NCBI GenBank assembly: GCA_964522405.1
Contig: CAZFTR010000006.1
Location: 2,430-66,429 of the forward strand
Reading direction: 5' to 3'
Length of the DNA: 64,000 bases
From: an uncultured Gammaproteobacteria bacterium
GTDB lineage: Bacteria; Patescibacteriota; Patescibacteriia; Magasanikbacterales; UBA922
The notes under the pieces were generated by a model that made no database searches, had not been told where the DNA came from, and worked only from the letters and a program-made list of their open reading frames with translations. A program made the translations under genes and the position numbers. Below, piece after piece: positions 49,216 through 57,697 of the stretch (its first letter is position 1; each line of letters starts with the position of its first letter).

Positions 49216-49310
49216 AGAATTTTAGTTAATAGTTAACAGTTTACAGCTGATAGTTAATAGTTGTTTTTTTGTTTACTACTAACTGTAAACTGTCAGCTGT
49301 AAACTAAAAA
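49216..49310. repeat. Intergenic imperfect palindrome built from GTTAACAG/GTTTACAG/CAGCTG words
   Basis: ttaacagtttacagctgatagtt ... ctgtcagctgtaaactaa inverted arrangement; related word sets recur at 961-1030 and 37630-37680. Confidence 0.45.
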
Positions 49311-50507
49311 TTACAATTTAGTTAAATCTGTTTTTATTCTATTAAGCAATAGTGGTGCAATAAAAGTTGAAAGCGCCATTAATACTAATAATAAATATAA
49401 ACCTGACGAATCAAAAGTTGTTATAAAAAGCAAAGGAACAAAACTAAGTGATCGACCGGTCAGGTTTACTGTTTCTCGTATAACCAGATATTCAACTCGG
49501 TGGGTGATATGATCTTTGAGTCCATGGAGTAGATTTTGATAATAAACTCTTCCGACTAGAGTTATGGTTGGTTCCAGCATTTCTTTTATTGAACCATAAA
49601 TAATATAAATCACAAAGCCTGGCCAAGCAATAAGTGAAAGAGTTGCAGCTGATAATAATCCTCCTGAAAACAAAGCTAATTTTTTATAATATTTATAGTG
49701 AAAATATTTTCCAATAATTAAGGTAGTAATAATAGACCAAAATGTGAAAAAAGAAATCCAGCTTCCAACTTTGAATTCGCTGGCTAAAATTGTTAACAGA
49801 AAAATAGGAATTATTTTTCGTATTGCTCCTATCTGTCCAAAATTAATAAAGAAATAGTTTACTGTTGCCAATTTGAGGTCTGTTTTCTTTTTTACGATTT
49901 TGAGAGTTTCAAAAAGATGAAATTTATTTTTTGTGTGAACATGAGTTTGTATATTACCCAGCAAAAGACAGGCAAAAATACCCGCAAGTCCAAGCAAGAA
50001 AATGTTTCCATAACCAAAACCAAAAGCATTGATACTGATTAGAAAACCACCCAGAGCCGGGGCAAGTAGATTTGCTACAGTAGTTAGTGATCTGTCTAGT
50101 CCTGCATAATTACCACGATTTTTGGTGTGAGTTAGATCAAAACTTAAGACATGATAGCTAAGCCAGTACATGGCATTGAAAATTCCATATCCAACAGCAA
50201 CAGGTATAATATGATTGGCAACATTGTCGCCAACAATAAACATTAGAAACAAGTAAAGCCCCATTCCCAGTGTTCCTATATTTTTGATCGATCTCACATA
50301 GCCTTTTTTGGCTAAGGGAGCGAAAAGCCAGAAGAATATAGTATGGGAAATATAAAAAGCAATTTCAAAGATGGCAATCTGGGAAAGATCATTGGTAAGA
50401 TTCCAAATATAAAGACTTATAAAAAGCCTAAAAAGAGTTCTGGTGAATACCCAGAAAGTGTGCGAAACCAGGAGTTGCTTGAGAACAGGAAGAGAAATAT
50501 TATTCAT
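49311..50507 (-). CDS. MFS-type transporter
   Basis: 398 aa, 12 predicted TM helices in two 6-TM halves. Confidence 0.65.
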   Translation of the reverse strand: MNNISLPVLKQLLVSHTFWVFTRTLFRLFISLYIWNLTNDLSQIAIFEIAFYISHTIFFWLFAPLAKKGYVRSIKNIGTLGMGLYLFLMFIVGDNVANHIIPVAVGYGIFNAMYWLSYHVLSFDLTHTKNRGNYAGLDRSLTTVANLLAPALGGFLISINAFGFGYGNIFLLGLAGIFACLLLGNIQTHVHTKNKFHLFETLKIVKKKTDLKLATVNYFFINFGQIGAIRKIIPIFLLTILASEFKVGSWISFFTFWSIITTLIIGKYFHYKYYKKLALFSGGLLSAATLSLIAWPGFVIYIIYGSIKEMLEPTITLVGRVYYQNLLHGLKDHITHRVEYLVIRETVNLTGRSLSFVPLLFITTFDSSGLYLLLVLMALSTFIAPLLLNRIKTDLTKL

Positions 50508-51552
50508 AAACCTTCCAGTTTGGATTTGCTTTTACCGCTTTCCAGTCATTAAATTCTTTTTTTGAGGCTTTGAAATATGCAGCGGCTCCGATCATGGCAG
50601 CATTGTCCATGCAATATTTAGGCTCAGGGTAGAGAACTGGAATATCTAGAGCTGACTTTAGAGTTTTTCTAAGTTTTTTGTTTGCAGAAACTCCACCAGC
50701 GACAATTATAGTTTTTGGTTGATATTTTTTTGCGGCTCTAAAGGTTTTTTTTACCAAGACATCAACTATCGCTTGTTCAAAACTGGCACAGAAATCATCT
50801 ATAGTGATTTGGTTCTGATTAGATTGTCCAAACCAAGTTGAAATTTTTCCAAGAGGGTTAGTTCTAAGAGTTGCCAATTTATTATCTCGCAACCAATAGA
50901 GCGCAGAGGTTTTAAGACCGGAAAAACTAAAATCAAAATTCTTTTTATCCAGCATGGGGCGCGGAAATGGAATTGCGTTAGCATTTCCATTTTCAGCATG
51001 TTTAGAAATTTTTGGTCCACCCGGATAATCCAATCCCAGAAGTTTGGCAACCTTATCAAAAGCTTCACCAGCAGCATCGTCTGTAGTTTTTCCAATTAGT
51101 TCGTATTGGCCATGATTTTTCATCAAGATTAGTTCTGTGTGCCCACCACTAACTATAAGTGCAATAGCTGGAAATTCAATTTTTTGATTATCGAGAAGAA
51201 CCGAGTGGATATGTCCTTCGATATGATTTATAGAGATAAAAGGAATATCCCAGAGATAGCTCAGAGCTTTTGCAGCTTCTGTTCCAACCAATAGTCCAGT
51301 GATAAGCCCTGGGCCAGTTGTGGCTGCGATAATATCGGGTTTTTCCTGGTTTTTCATTACTTCTTCAATCACCGGCATGATGTTTTCTGCGTGGGCTCTT
51401 CCAGCTACTTCCGGAACTACACCGCCATATTTTTGGTGAATGTCAATTTGACTAGCGGTTTTTTCTGAGATAATTTCAAAAATGCCTTGGTCAATTTTGA
51501 GCAGAGCAACAGATGTGTCGTCACATGAGCTTTCAATGGCTAAGATTTTCAT
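50500..51552 (-). CDS. tsaD: tRNA N6-adenosine threonylcarbamoyltransferase
   Basis: 350 aa; MKILAIESSCDDTSVAL N-terminus, metal-binding HxxGH (HIEGH), Kae1/TsaD family. Confidence 0.9.
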   Translation of the reverse strand: MKILAIESSCDDTSVALLKIDQGIFEIISEKTASQIDIHQKYGGVVPEVAGRAHAENIMPVIEEVMKNQEKPDIIAATTGPGLITGLLVGTEAAKALSYLWDIPFISINHIEGHIHSVLLDNQKIEFPAIALIVSGGHTELILMKNHGQYELIGKTTDDAAGEAFDKVAKLLGLDYPGGPKISKHAENGNANAIPFPRPMLDKKNFDFSFSGLKTSALYWLRDNKLATLRTNPLGKISTWFGQSNQNQITIDDFCASFEQAIVDVLVKKTFRAAKKYQPKTIIVAGGVSANKKLRKTLKSALDIPVLYPEPKYCMDNAAMIGAAAYFKASKKEFNDWKAVKANPNWKVYE

Positions 51553-51640
51553 ATTTTTATTCTACAAAACAATTCTAACAGAAAGAGGGGTTTTTTTCTA
51601 GAGTAAATAAAAAACTACCTTAAATAAGATAGTCTTCTGG

Positions 51641-52200
51641 GCGTCCTCCTTTTGACGCCTCCTTGGTTTTGGGTAAAAGAGCCTGGGATTGGATGTTCAC
51701 CAGAACGGCGAGCAATTGCGGCAGGGCACCGCGGTGGTGGGTTAGTCGTTGTCGAACTCTCCGTCGATGGGTTCGTGCGGGTAGGCGCCTCCCTCCAAGA
51801 GCTCTTTCTTCAGGGTGAGGAGGGTCTGCTCGCCGAGCTCGCCGTCGGCGATGAGGTCGGTGTCCTCCAGTCCCTCGGAGAGGATGAGCATGATCAGGTA
51901 GGCCTGGATCTGCTTGAGCGTCGGCATCCCGTCGGGCAGACTGACCTCGTCGTCGTACATGCGCTGCACGGTGGCGCGGTCGATCTGGCCGGTGACCTCG
52001 AGGCCGTCCGTGGCCTCCTGGTACTGGCGCAGCGCCAGCTCGGTCTGCTCACCGAGCTCGCCGTCGGCGATGAGGTTCTCGGTGTTGTGTCCCGCGACGA
52101 TCAGGAAGGCCTGAACGCCTTTGATTCTTTTGTTGCTGAGCTCGATAGTCATGGTCCGTGCAATCTCCGTAGTTGTTCCGTCCGATTCTGAATCGAACTT
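51641..52200. other. High-GC island 5 (compositionally foreign segment)
   Basis: ~62% GC block between tsaD and the tRNA region. Confidence 0.6.
51742..52152 (-). CDS. Protein with two tandem peptidoglycan-binding (PG_binding_1-like) repeats, GC-rich foreign ORF
   Basis: 136 aa; repeated IADGELGEQTELALRQYQ / IADGELGEQTLLTLKKEL motifs matching the DG-FG--T--AV--FQ PG-binding consensus. Confidence 0.5.
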   Translation of the reverse strand: MTIELSNKRIKGVQAFLIVAGHNTENLIADGELGEQTELALRQYQEATDGLEVTGQIDRATVQRMYDDEVSLPDGMPTLKQIQAYLIMLILSEGLEDTDLIADGELGEQTLLTLKKELLEGGAYPHEPIDGEFDND

Positions 52201-52280
52201 TAAGACTGCTTTATTATATATAGAATTTATTATTTGTCAAGGTTTTTAGTTTGGTTTTATAAAATATATTTATAAAAAAA

Positions 52281-52306
52281 CAACAGAACCAAAAATGGTT
52301 CTGTTG
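52281..52306 (-). terminator. Intrinsic terminator (caacagaacc-aaaaat-ggttctgttg, U-run on minus strand)
   Basis: 10-bp perfect stem; minus-strand T7 follows; terminates element X. Confidence 0.5.
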
Positions 52307-52340
52307 CAAGGAATAAACGGTAAACGTATGTCATACCGTT

Positions 52341-52470
52341 TGGTAGCCCCAAGGGGAATCTCAGTCGCTACTTCGTGCTCCTGGGAAAACCTTCTGGTTT
52401 TCCCAACCTTTCCTCAGCATGTAAGGGGGCTCTGCCCCCTTACCATCCCCCAGTTCGATTCCCTCACCAA
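52341..52470 (-). ncRNA. tRNA-like structured element X ending in a copy of the tRNA-Glu 3' end plus CCA
   Basis: 3' end ...attccccttggggctacca duplicates 18 nt of the tRNA-Glu T-arm/acceptor; two internal hairpins (gtaaggggg-cagag-cccccttac and gggaaaacc-agaa-ggttttccc); own downstream terminator; no intact cloverleaf. Confidence 0.3.
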
Positions 52471-52475
52471 TCTAC

Positions 52476-52513
52476 AATAAAAGACAACCAACTTTCAGTC
52501 GGTTGTCTTTTAT
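52476..52513. terminator. Bidirectional intrinsic terminator after tRNA-Glu (aaagacaacc ... ggttgtcttt with A/T runs)
   Basis: Seen directly. Confidence 0.55.
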
Positions 52514-52515
52514 TG

Positions 52516-52587
52516 TAGCCCCAAGGGGAATCGAACCCCTGTTTTCTGGATGAAAACCAGATGTCCTAACCACTAGACGATGGGGCC
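52516..52587 (-). tRNA. tRNA-Glu (anticodon UUC)
   Basis: Minus-strand cloverleaf GGCCCCATCGTCTAGTGGTTAGGACATCTGGTTTTCATCCAGAAAACAGGGGTTCGATTCCCCTTGGGGCTA; anticodon loop TTTTCAT. Confidence 0.85.
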
Positions 52588-52760
52588 GTCTTAGTTTCTA
52601 TTTAAAATAGATGAGAAGATTATATCTGTTTTTTGAAATTTAGTCAAGATTTTGATTATATTTCCTCCACAAGACACTAAAGCCATTACTTTGCGAAGGA
52701 AGACAGACAGTTCAGAATATTCCTTATTTTAGGCAAAAATCGCTTTTCCACACTTATCTA

Positions 52761-52789
52761 TTGACTAAAAACACAAAAACAAGTAATAT
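52761..52789 (+). promoter_or_regulatory. Near-consensus promoter (TTGACT-17-TAATAT) and ~170-nt structured leader upstream of rplJ (possible L10 autoregulatory leader)
   Basis: Hexamers seen directly; leader contains hairpin ctccgat-gtatat-atcggag; leader function inferred from conserved rplJL regulation. Confidence 0.35.
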
Positions 52790-52971
52790 ATAGCTCACAT
52801 ACCGCAGACAGTAGCTCTCCGATGTATATCGGAGTTAAATACGCTACCGAGGTGACAAATACTTTCTTGACTGAGAGTATACAAAGGTCGCGCCTAAACG
52901 TTTCTGTGGTTGAATAAACCACTTTTTTGTTTCTATTTTTTTAGAAACACAATATAACTTAATAATAAGTT

Positions 52972-53493
52972 ATGGCAAAAACTAAACAATTAAAAGAACA
53001 AGCTATACAAGATTTGGTAGATAATATTAAATCTGCTAAATCAGTGGTATTTGCTAATTTTCAAGGCTTAAAAGTTAGTGAGTCAGAAGAACTTCGTGGC
53101 AAATGTCGTGAACAGAAAATTGACTATCTTGCTAGTAAAAAAACTTTGCTTAAAAAAGCATTGTCTGAAGCTGGCTTTGATGTTGACACTAAGAGCTTTG
53201 AAGGTGGTGTTGCTGCTGTATTTGGTACAGAGGATGAAGTAGCTCCTGCTCAAGTTATTGCTGGCTATGCCAAAGACCACGAAGTTGTAAAAATCTTCGG
53301 TGGAATTTTGGAAGGCAATTTTATTGATGCAGCAAAAGTTACTGAACTTTCTAAATTACCAAGCAAGCAAGAACTTTATGCAAAATTGGTTGGATCAATC
53401 AATGCTCCAGTTTCTGGTTTTGTAAATGTACTTGCTGGCAATTTGCGTGGCTTAGTTGGTGTTCTTAATTCTATTAAAGAATCAAAAGCTTAA
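52972..53493 (+). CDS. rplJ: 50S ribosomal protein L10
   Basis: 173 aa; uL10 family N-terminal domain and L7/L12-binding C-terminal helix. Confidence 0.85.
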   Translation: MAKTKQLKEQAIQDLVDNIKSAKSVVFANFQGLKVSESEELRGKCREQKIDYLASKKTLLKKALSEAGFDVDTKSFEGGVAAVFGTEDEVAPAQVIAGYAKDHEVVKIFGGILEGNFIDAAKVTELSKLPSKQELYAKLVGSINAPVSGFVNVLAGNLRGLVGVLNSIKESKA

Positions 53494-53516
53494 TAAAAAT
53501 ATTAATATATAAATTT

Positions 53517-53936
53517 ATGACTGAAGAAACACAAGAAAAAACTCCAGTGGAAGTTCCAGCAAAATTCAAATCTCTTGTAGAAGAGATTGAAAAAATGTCT
53601 GTTCTTGATCTTTCTGAATTGGTTTCAATTCTAGAAGACAAGTTTGGTGTTAGTGCTGCTGCTCCAGCTATGATGATGGCTGGTCCTGCAGCTGGCGCTG
53701 GTGATGCTGGTGCTGCTGAAGAAAAGACTGAATTCAATGTTGAGTTAACTGACATTGGTGGAAACAAGATTGCAGTTATCAAAGCTGTTAAAGCTGCAAC
53801 TGGTCTTGGTCTTGCTGACGCTAAAGCTCTTGTTGATGGCGCTCCTGCTACTATTAGGGAAGCTGTTAAAAAAGAAGAGGCTGAAGCTCTTAAAGCTTCT
53901 ATTGAAGAAGCTGGTGGTAAAGCTGAACTTAAATAA
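53517..53936 (+). CDS. rplL: 50S ribosomal protein L7/L12
   Basis: 139 aa; Ala-rich hinge and conserved C-terminal domain ...[22 protein letters not shown]...EAGGKAELK. Confidence 0.9.
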   Translation: MTEETQEKTPVEVPAKFKSLVEEIEKMSVLDLSELVSILEDKFGVSAAAPAMMMAGPAAGAGDAGAAEEKTEFNVELTDIGGNKIAVIKAVKAATGLGLADAKALVDGAPATIREAVKKEEAEALKASIEEAGGKAELK

Positions 53937-53940
53937 TAGT

Positions 53941-53972
53941 TTTACAATCAAAAAATCCCTGATAATTTCAGG
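53941..53972 (+). terminator. Intrinsic terminator after rplL
   Basis: atccctga-taattt-cagggat hairpin + TTTTTTG. Confidence 0.6.
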
Positions 53973-53991
53973 GATTTTTTGTTTTTATAGA

Positions 53992-56271
53992 TTACAATGC
54001 AAATTTGTATATTCTGTTACTATCCAAAACATAAACTGATCCATCCTCCTCATCTATTGCCATTGATTTTGGATCCTGCCACTCTTGGGCAGTAAATTGC
54101 TGTCTGAATTTTCCATCTTTATTCAATACTATGATGCGCTGATTGGTTGATTCAAGGATGTAAAGATTGTTTGAGTCTGAATTTGTCCAAATCAATTTTG
54201 GATTTTCAAGTTTTGGATCAAGTCCACTGATTTCAAATGATTGAGGATTTCCTCTGAAAAATTTAACAATTTCTCCATTTTGTTTGAGTACAAATATATT
54301 TCCATCTACTATTATCGATACTCCATCGCTAAGGTCTGTTGAGGTGTCTTGTATCCAGGGAGAGCCTTGATCATAGCCGGTTTGTGTGGGATTGTGTTTG
54401 TAGATTTGATTATTTTGAGTATCTAAACTGTAGATTTTTCTATTGTAGATGTTTAGAGATTTTATGCTGATATTTTCATTTTGGTATGAGATGTCTTTGG
54501 CTGTTATTGCTCCTGATTCTATGTTATAACCAGCTATCCTGTTATCTTTAGTTAGCAATACGGCATAGTTTTTTTCATGATCTGCTGCAGAAGCGATAAA
54601 GTTTTTAATAGTATCAAGTGTTTGAACTGAGTTTTCAGCATTACTGGTATTTATCTCGTAGAGCATGCCGTCTTCTGATCCAAAAACAATCAATTTACCA
54701 TCTATGAGTTCCATAGTTTCAGCTTGAGCATTTTCGTTTAATGATTCAATTGCAAAAAATAATTCTGGTTGAACAACTTTCATATTTCTTAATTTTTGTA
54801 GAAATACATCAAGCTGTGAATTTAATTCAGTTATTTTTTCTTTTTCTTTTTTCTTTTTATCAGGGAGTGTTTTTACCAGTTCTTCAGCTTCTTTGAGTAG
54901 TTCAAATGCTTTTTTCTTTTCATCATATACTAGTGCTGCTTCTGCTGCATCTTTTTTGTCTATTACTGCTTGAACTGTGTTATTGTATTGTTCAGCTTGT
55001 GCGTCCCTGTTTTCTTTTACCTTCAAGTAGGTTAGGCTGCTGACAAAAAATATACCAAGGACAATAGTTATGCTTAGGATTAATTTGCTTATAATCGGCA
55101 TTCTCTGAACAAATTCTTTTTTATCCCCAACTGTTTTTTTCAGTGAGCGAACTGTGTGAGACCGAACGTCTTTTTTGTTGGTGATAATAAAAAACAAAGT
55201 ACGCAACATTTCCAGTACTTTGGATACTGCCTTTAAAATAATTAAACCAATACCTTTTCCAATAGTGAAAATTGCCTGTCCTAGTGATATAAGTAGTTTG
55301 CCCCAAAAAGTATTTTCTGGTTTTTCAGCTTTTTTTCTATAATTTGTTTCAACTCGATATTGTCTATGCTCTCTTTTTGGCTTGTTTTCTTTTGTGTCTT
55401 CTTTATGTTTTGAAGATTTTGATACTGATTTTTTTTCTGAACCCTTTCCCTTTTTTTGCTTGCCAATATCTTTTACTCTTCCTTTTAAATATCCCAAGAT
55501 AGGAGGGGATAGGGTTTCTTCGGTTGTCTTTGCTGATTCCAGTAGTTTGTTTAGAGATTCTTTTGAACCTTGTTGATGGTCTTTTGGAGCTTGTCCGGTT
55601 CTGGGCGTATCATGTTTGTCTGTTATGTGTAGAACTATTCCACCAAAAGAAGTATCTTCACTCATGTCTTGTAAAACTTTTTGAATATGTTCTGCGCTGA
55701 TTCTGGTGGATTTATTGGTAAATATTTTTCTTATTCTATCATAGCTAAAATAATCAAGAATATGAGGTGTGCATATTAATACATAATCTCCAGGGTTTAT
55801 ATTTCCTTCTATCATTTCAGAAAATAATTGTTCAGTTTGCTCTGTCTCCTGATCAATAATTCTGGTGTATGAGAGTTTGTCTTTGTTTTTGAAAAAAAGA
55901 GCAACCTTAGGATCACCATGATAAGTAAGAGATAATTTTTTGTCTTGCATAACACCAACTATGCAGTGTATCTCAGTATTTTCGTATTGCAATATATGAT
56001 GAGCTCTTCTATTTATTTCCTGTAAAATCTGCTCAAGCAAATTTTCAGATTGTTCTTCTTCGTCATAGTATCTGCTCTCTATGTCATCGATTATTTTTTG
56101 TAGATATTCAATTTGTTCTTCATATCCATTTTTTATTTCTGCTACAACAAAAAAATAGCCTCTTTTTTTCTCATATTCAGAGACTGGTTCGGCAATATGC
56201 AAGAGCACATGTGATTTTTTGTGGTTTTTCCCCTCTACAAAAAATTCATGCAATTCTAATATATTATTCAT
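53992..56271 (-). CDS. Multidomain membrane protein: N-terminal PP2C/SpoIIE-like phosphatase-like domain, basic linker, TM segment, C-terminal beta-propeller-like repeats
   Basis: 759 aa; N-terminal pattern ...CIVGVMQD...GDYVLICTPHILDYFS resembles PP2C-fold; C-terminal repeated YxLD/IYSLD motifs; assignment tentative. Confidence 0.35.
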   Translation of the reverse strand: MNNILELHEFFVEGKNHKKSHVLLHIAEPVSEYEKKRGYFFVVAEIKNGYEEQIEYLQKIIDDIESRYYDEEEQSENLLEQILQEINRRAHHILQYENTEIHCIVGVMQDKKLSLTYHGDPKVALFFKNKDKLSYTRIIDQETEQTEQLFSEMIEGNINPGDYVLICTPHILDYFSYDRIRKIFTNKSTRISAEHIQKVLQDMSEDTSFGGIVLHITDKHDTPRTGQAPKDHQQGSKESLNKLLESAKTTEETLSPPILGYLKGRVKDIGKQKKGKGSEKKSVSKSSKHKEDTKENKPKREHRQYRVETNYRKKAEKPENTFWGKLLISLGQAIFTIGKGIGLIILKAVSKVLEMLRTLFFIITNKKDVRSHTVRSLKKTVGDKKEFVQRMPIISKLILSITIVLGIFFVSSLTYLKVKENRDAQAEQYNNTVQAVIDKKDAAEAALVYDEKKKAFELLKEAEELVKTLPDKKKKEKEKITELNSQLDVFLQKLRNMKVVQPELFFAIESLNENAQAETMELIDGKLIVFGSEDGMLYEINTSNAENSVQTLDTIKNFIASAADHEKNYAVLLTKDNRIAGYNIESGAITAKDISYQNENISIKSLNIYNRKIYSLDTQNNQIYKHNPTQTGYDQGSPWIQDTSTDLSDGVSIIVDGNIFVLKQNGEIVKFFRGNPQSFEISGLDPKLENPKLIWTNSDSNNLYILESTNQRIIVLNKDGKFRQQFTAQEWQDPKSMAIDEEDGSVYVLDSNRIYKFAL

Positions 56272-56399
56272 ATTTTGCTAAATTTTGCCTATAAATCAAT
56301 AATTGCCAGTTTTGACATAATACCTAGGAATTATTATACTATATTCTACTATTTTATAACAATTAGATATCTACAAGATATTGCTGATATTTTATTTTT

Positions 56400-57014
56400 T
56401 TGCTAAGAATCATAGTTAATTATATGCTTGAACAATTATTTGGTTCAAAGACCAGACTAAAACTACTAAGGACTTTTTTTAGAGAAACAGAGCGGGCTTT
56501 TTTTGTGCGCGAGCTGGCTCGGGCTATTGATATGCAGATAAATGCAGTAAGAAGAGAGCTTAAATTACTGGTAGAGATTGGTTTAGTTGTGGAAATTGAT
56601 CATCAACCTGAAGATGAAGAAAAGAGTGGGGCAAGTCTGAGAAAATATTATCGACTTGATGATAGCTCAATTATTTATTCTGAATTGCAAGCGCTTTTGC
56701 TGAAAGAACAACTTATGGGAGAGCAGAGGTTTATAGAAGATTTGAAGAAAAAAGCAGGTGATATTAAACTTTTGGTTTTATCTGGAAAATTTACCGGAGA
56801 TCTGATTTCTGCCACTGATTTGCTTATTGTTGGAAAGATAAAGGAAAGGGTGTTGGCAAAAATGGTTGGTCAGTATGAAAAAGAATTTGGTTTTGACATA
56901 CGATATACTGTGATGAGTGCTGAAGAATTTGAAGAGAGGCGATATGTAATGGATAAATTTATTTTTTCTTTGTTTGAGTGCAAACATCTCAAGGCTGTAA
57001 ATGAATTAGTATAA
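56400..57014 (+). CDS. Hypothetical winged-helix-like protein (alternative start ATG 56424)
   Basis: 204 aa; N-terminal KTRLKLLRTFF...VRELARAI resembles wHTH; C-terminal domain unknown. Confidence 0.4.
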   Translation: MLRIIVNYMLEQLFGSKTRLKLLRTFFRETERAFFVRELARAIDMQINAVRRELKLLVEIGLVVEIDHQPEDEEKSGASLRKYYRLDDSSIIYSELQALLLKEQLMGEQRFIEDLKKKAGDIKLLVLSGKFTGDLISATDLLIVGKIKERVLAKMVGQYEKEFGFDIRYTVMSAEEFEERRYVMDKFIFSLFECKHLKAVNELV

Positions 57015-57016
57015 AT

Positions 57017-57418
57017 ATGTATTTATTGATCAATCTTTCTCAAAAAAACCAAATCAACCTATCTTTGTTCGATAGTAAAACCAAGAAAGATTGGCAGAGT
57101 GAGGGGCCAAATCGAGATCTACTAGTTTCTATTGATCAGTTTTTAAAAAAAGCACTCGTGGAGCATTCACTTTCAGGAAAAAAATTGAACAAAAAAGATG
57201 TTCAAGGAATTATGGTTGTGGTTGGAGCAGGAGGGTTTACCAGTACCAGAATCTCAACTGTGATTGCCAATGCTTTTTCTTATGCACAAGCTATTCCAGT
57301 TCTCTGTATTACTGAAAATCAGGTAGATAGTATCCAAGATCTAATACCAAAATTGCTTGATCAGCCAAAAGATCAATTTATCTCAGCCACTTATAGTGGC
57401 GAGCCAAATATTGGATAG
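57017..57418 (+). CDS. tsaB: TsaB/YeaZ-like protein, N-terminal domain only (short form)
   Basis: 133 aa; VVVGAGGFTSTRISTVIANAFSYAQAIPV matches the TsaB G-x-G-S-F-T-G-x-R motif; lacks the C-terminal half. Confidence 0.45.
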   Translation: MYLLINLSQKNQINLSLFDSKTKKDWQSEGPNRDLLVSIDQFLKKALVEHSLSGKKLNKKDVQGIMVVVGAGGFTSTRISTVIANAFSYAQAIPVLCITENQVDSIQDLIPKLLDQPKDQFISATYSGEPNIG

Positions 57419-57697
57419 ATGTATAATTTAAAATTAAAAATTTACGGATCAGTTCAGGGAGTTTTTTTCCGAGTTTTTGTCCAAGAAAATGCCAGGAAGT
57501 TGGGTCTGGTTGGGACTGTATTGAACGCGACTGATGGAACTTTGGAAATCATGGCAGAAGGTCAAAAAACAGAATTAGAAAAATTAAAAGCTCTCTGTCA
57601 GAATGGTCCTGAATTTGCCAAGATAGAAAAAATTGAAGAAGATTGGCAAGAGATAGAACATGGAAAATTTAGTGATTTTAACATAATTTATAAATAA
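57419..57697 (+). CDS. acyP: Acylphosphatase
   Basis: 92 aa; VQGVFFR and GLVGTVLNATDGTLEI match acylphosphatase signatures. Confidence 0.75.
   Translation: MYNLKLKIYGSVQGVFFRVFVQENARKLGLVGTVLNATDGTLEIMAEGQKTELEKLKALCQNGPEFAKIEKIEEDWQEIEHGKFSDFNIIYK

Noticed and set aside
52341-52470. tmRNA (ssrA) interpretation of element X
   Set aside because: No tag-peptide reading frame ending in a plausible (A)LAA-type tag was found. X is far too short. Its T-arm is not intact.
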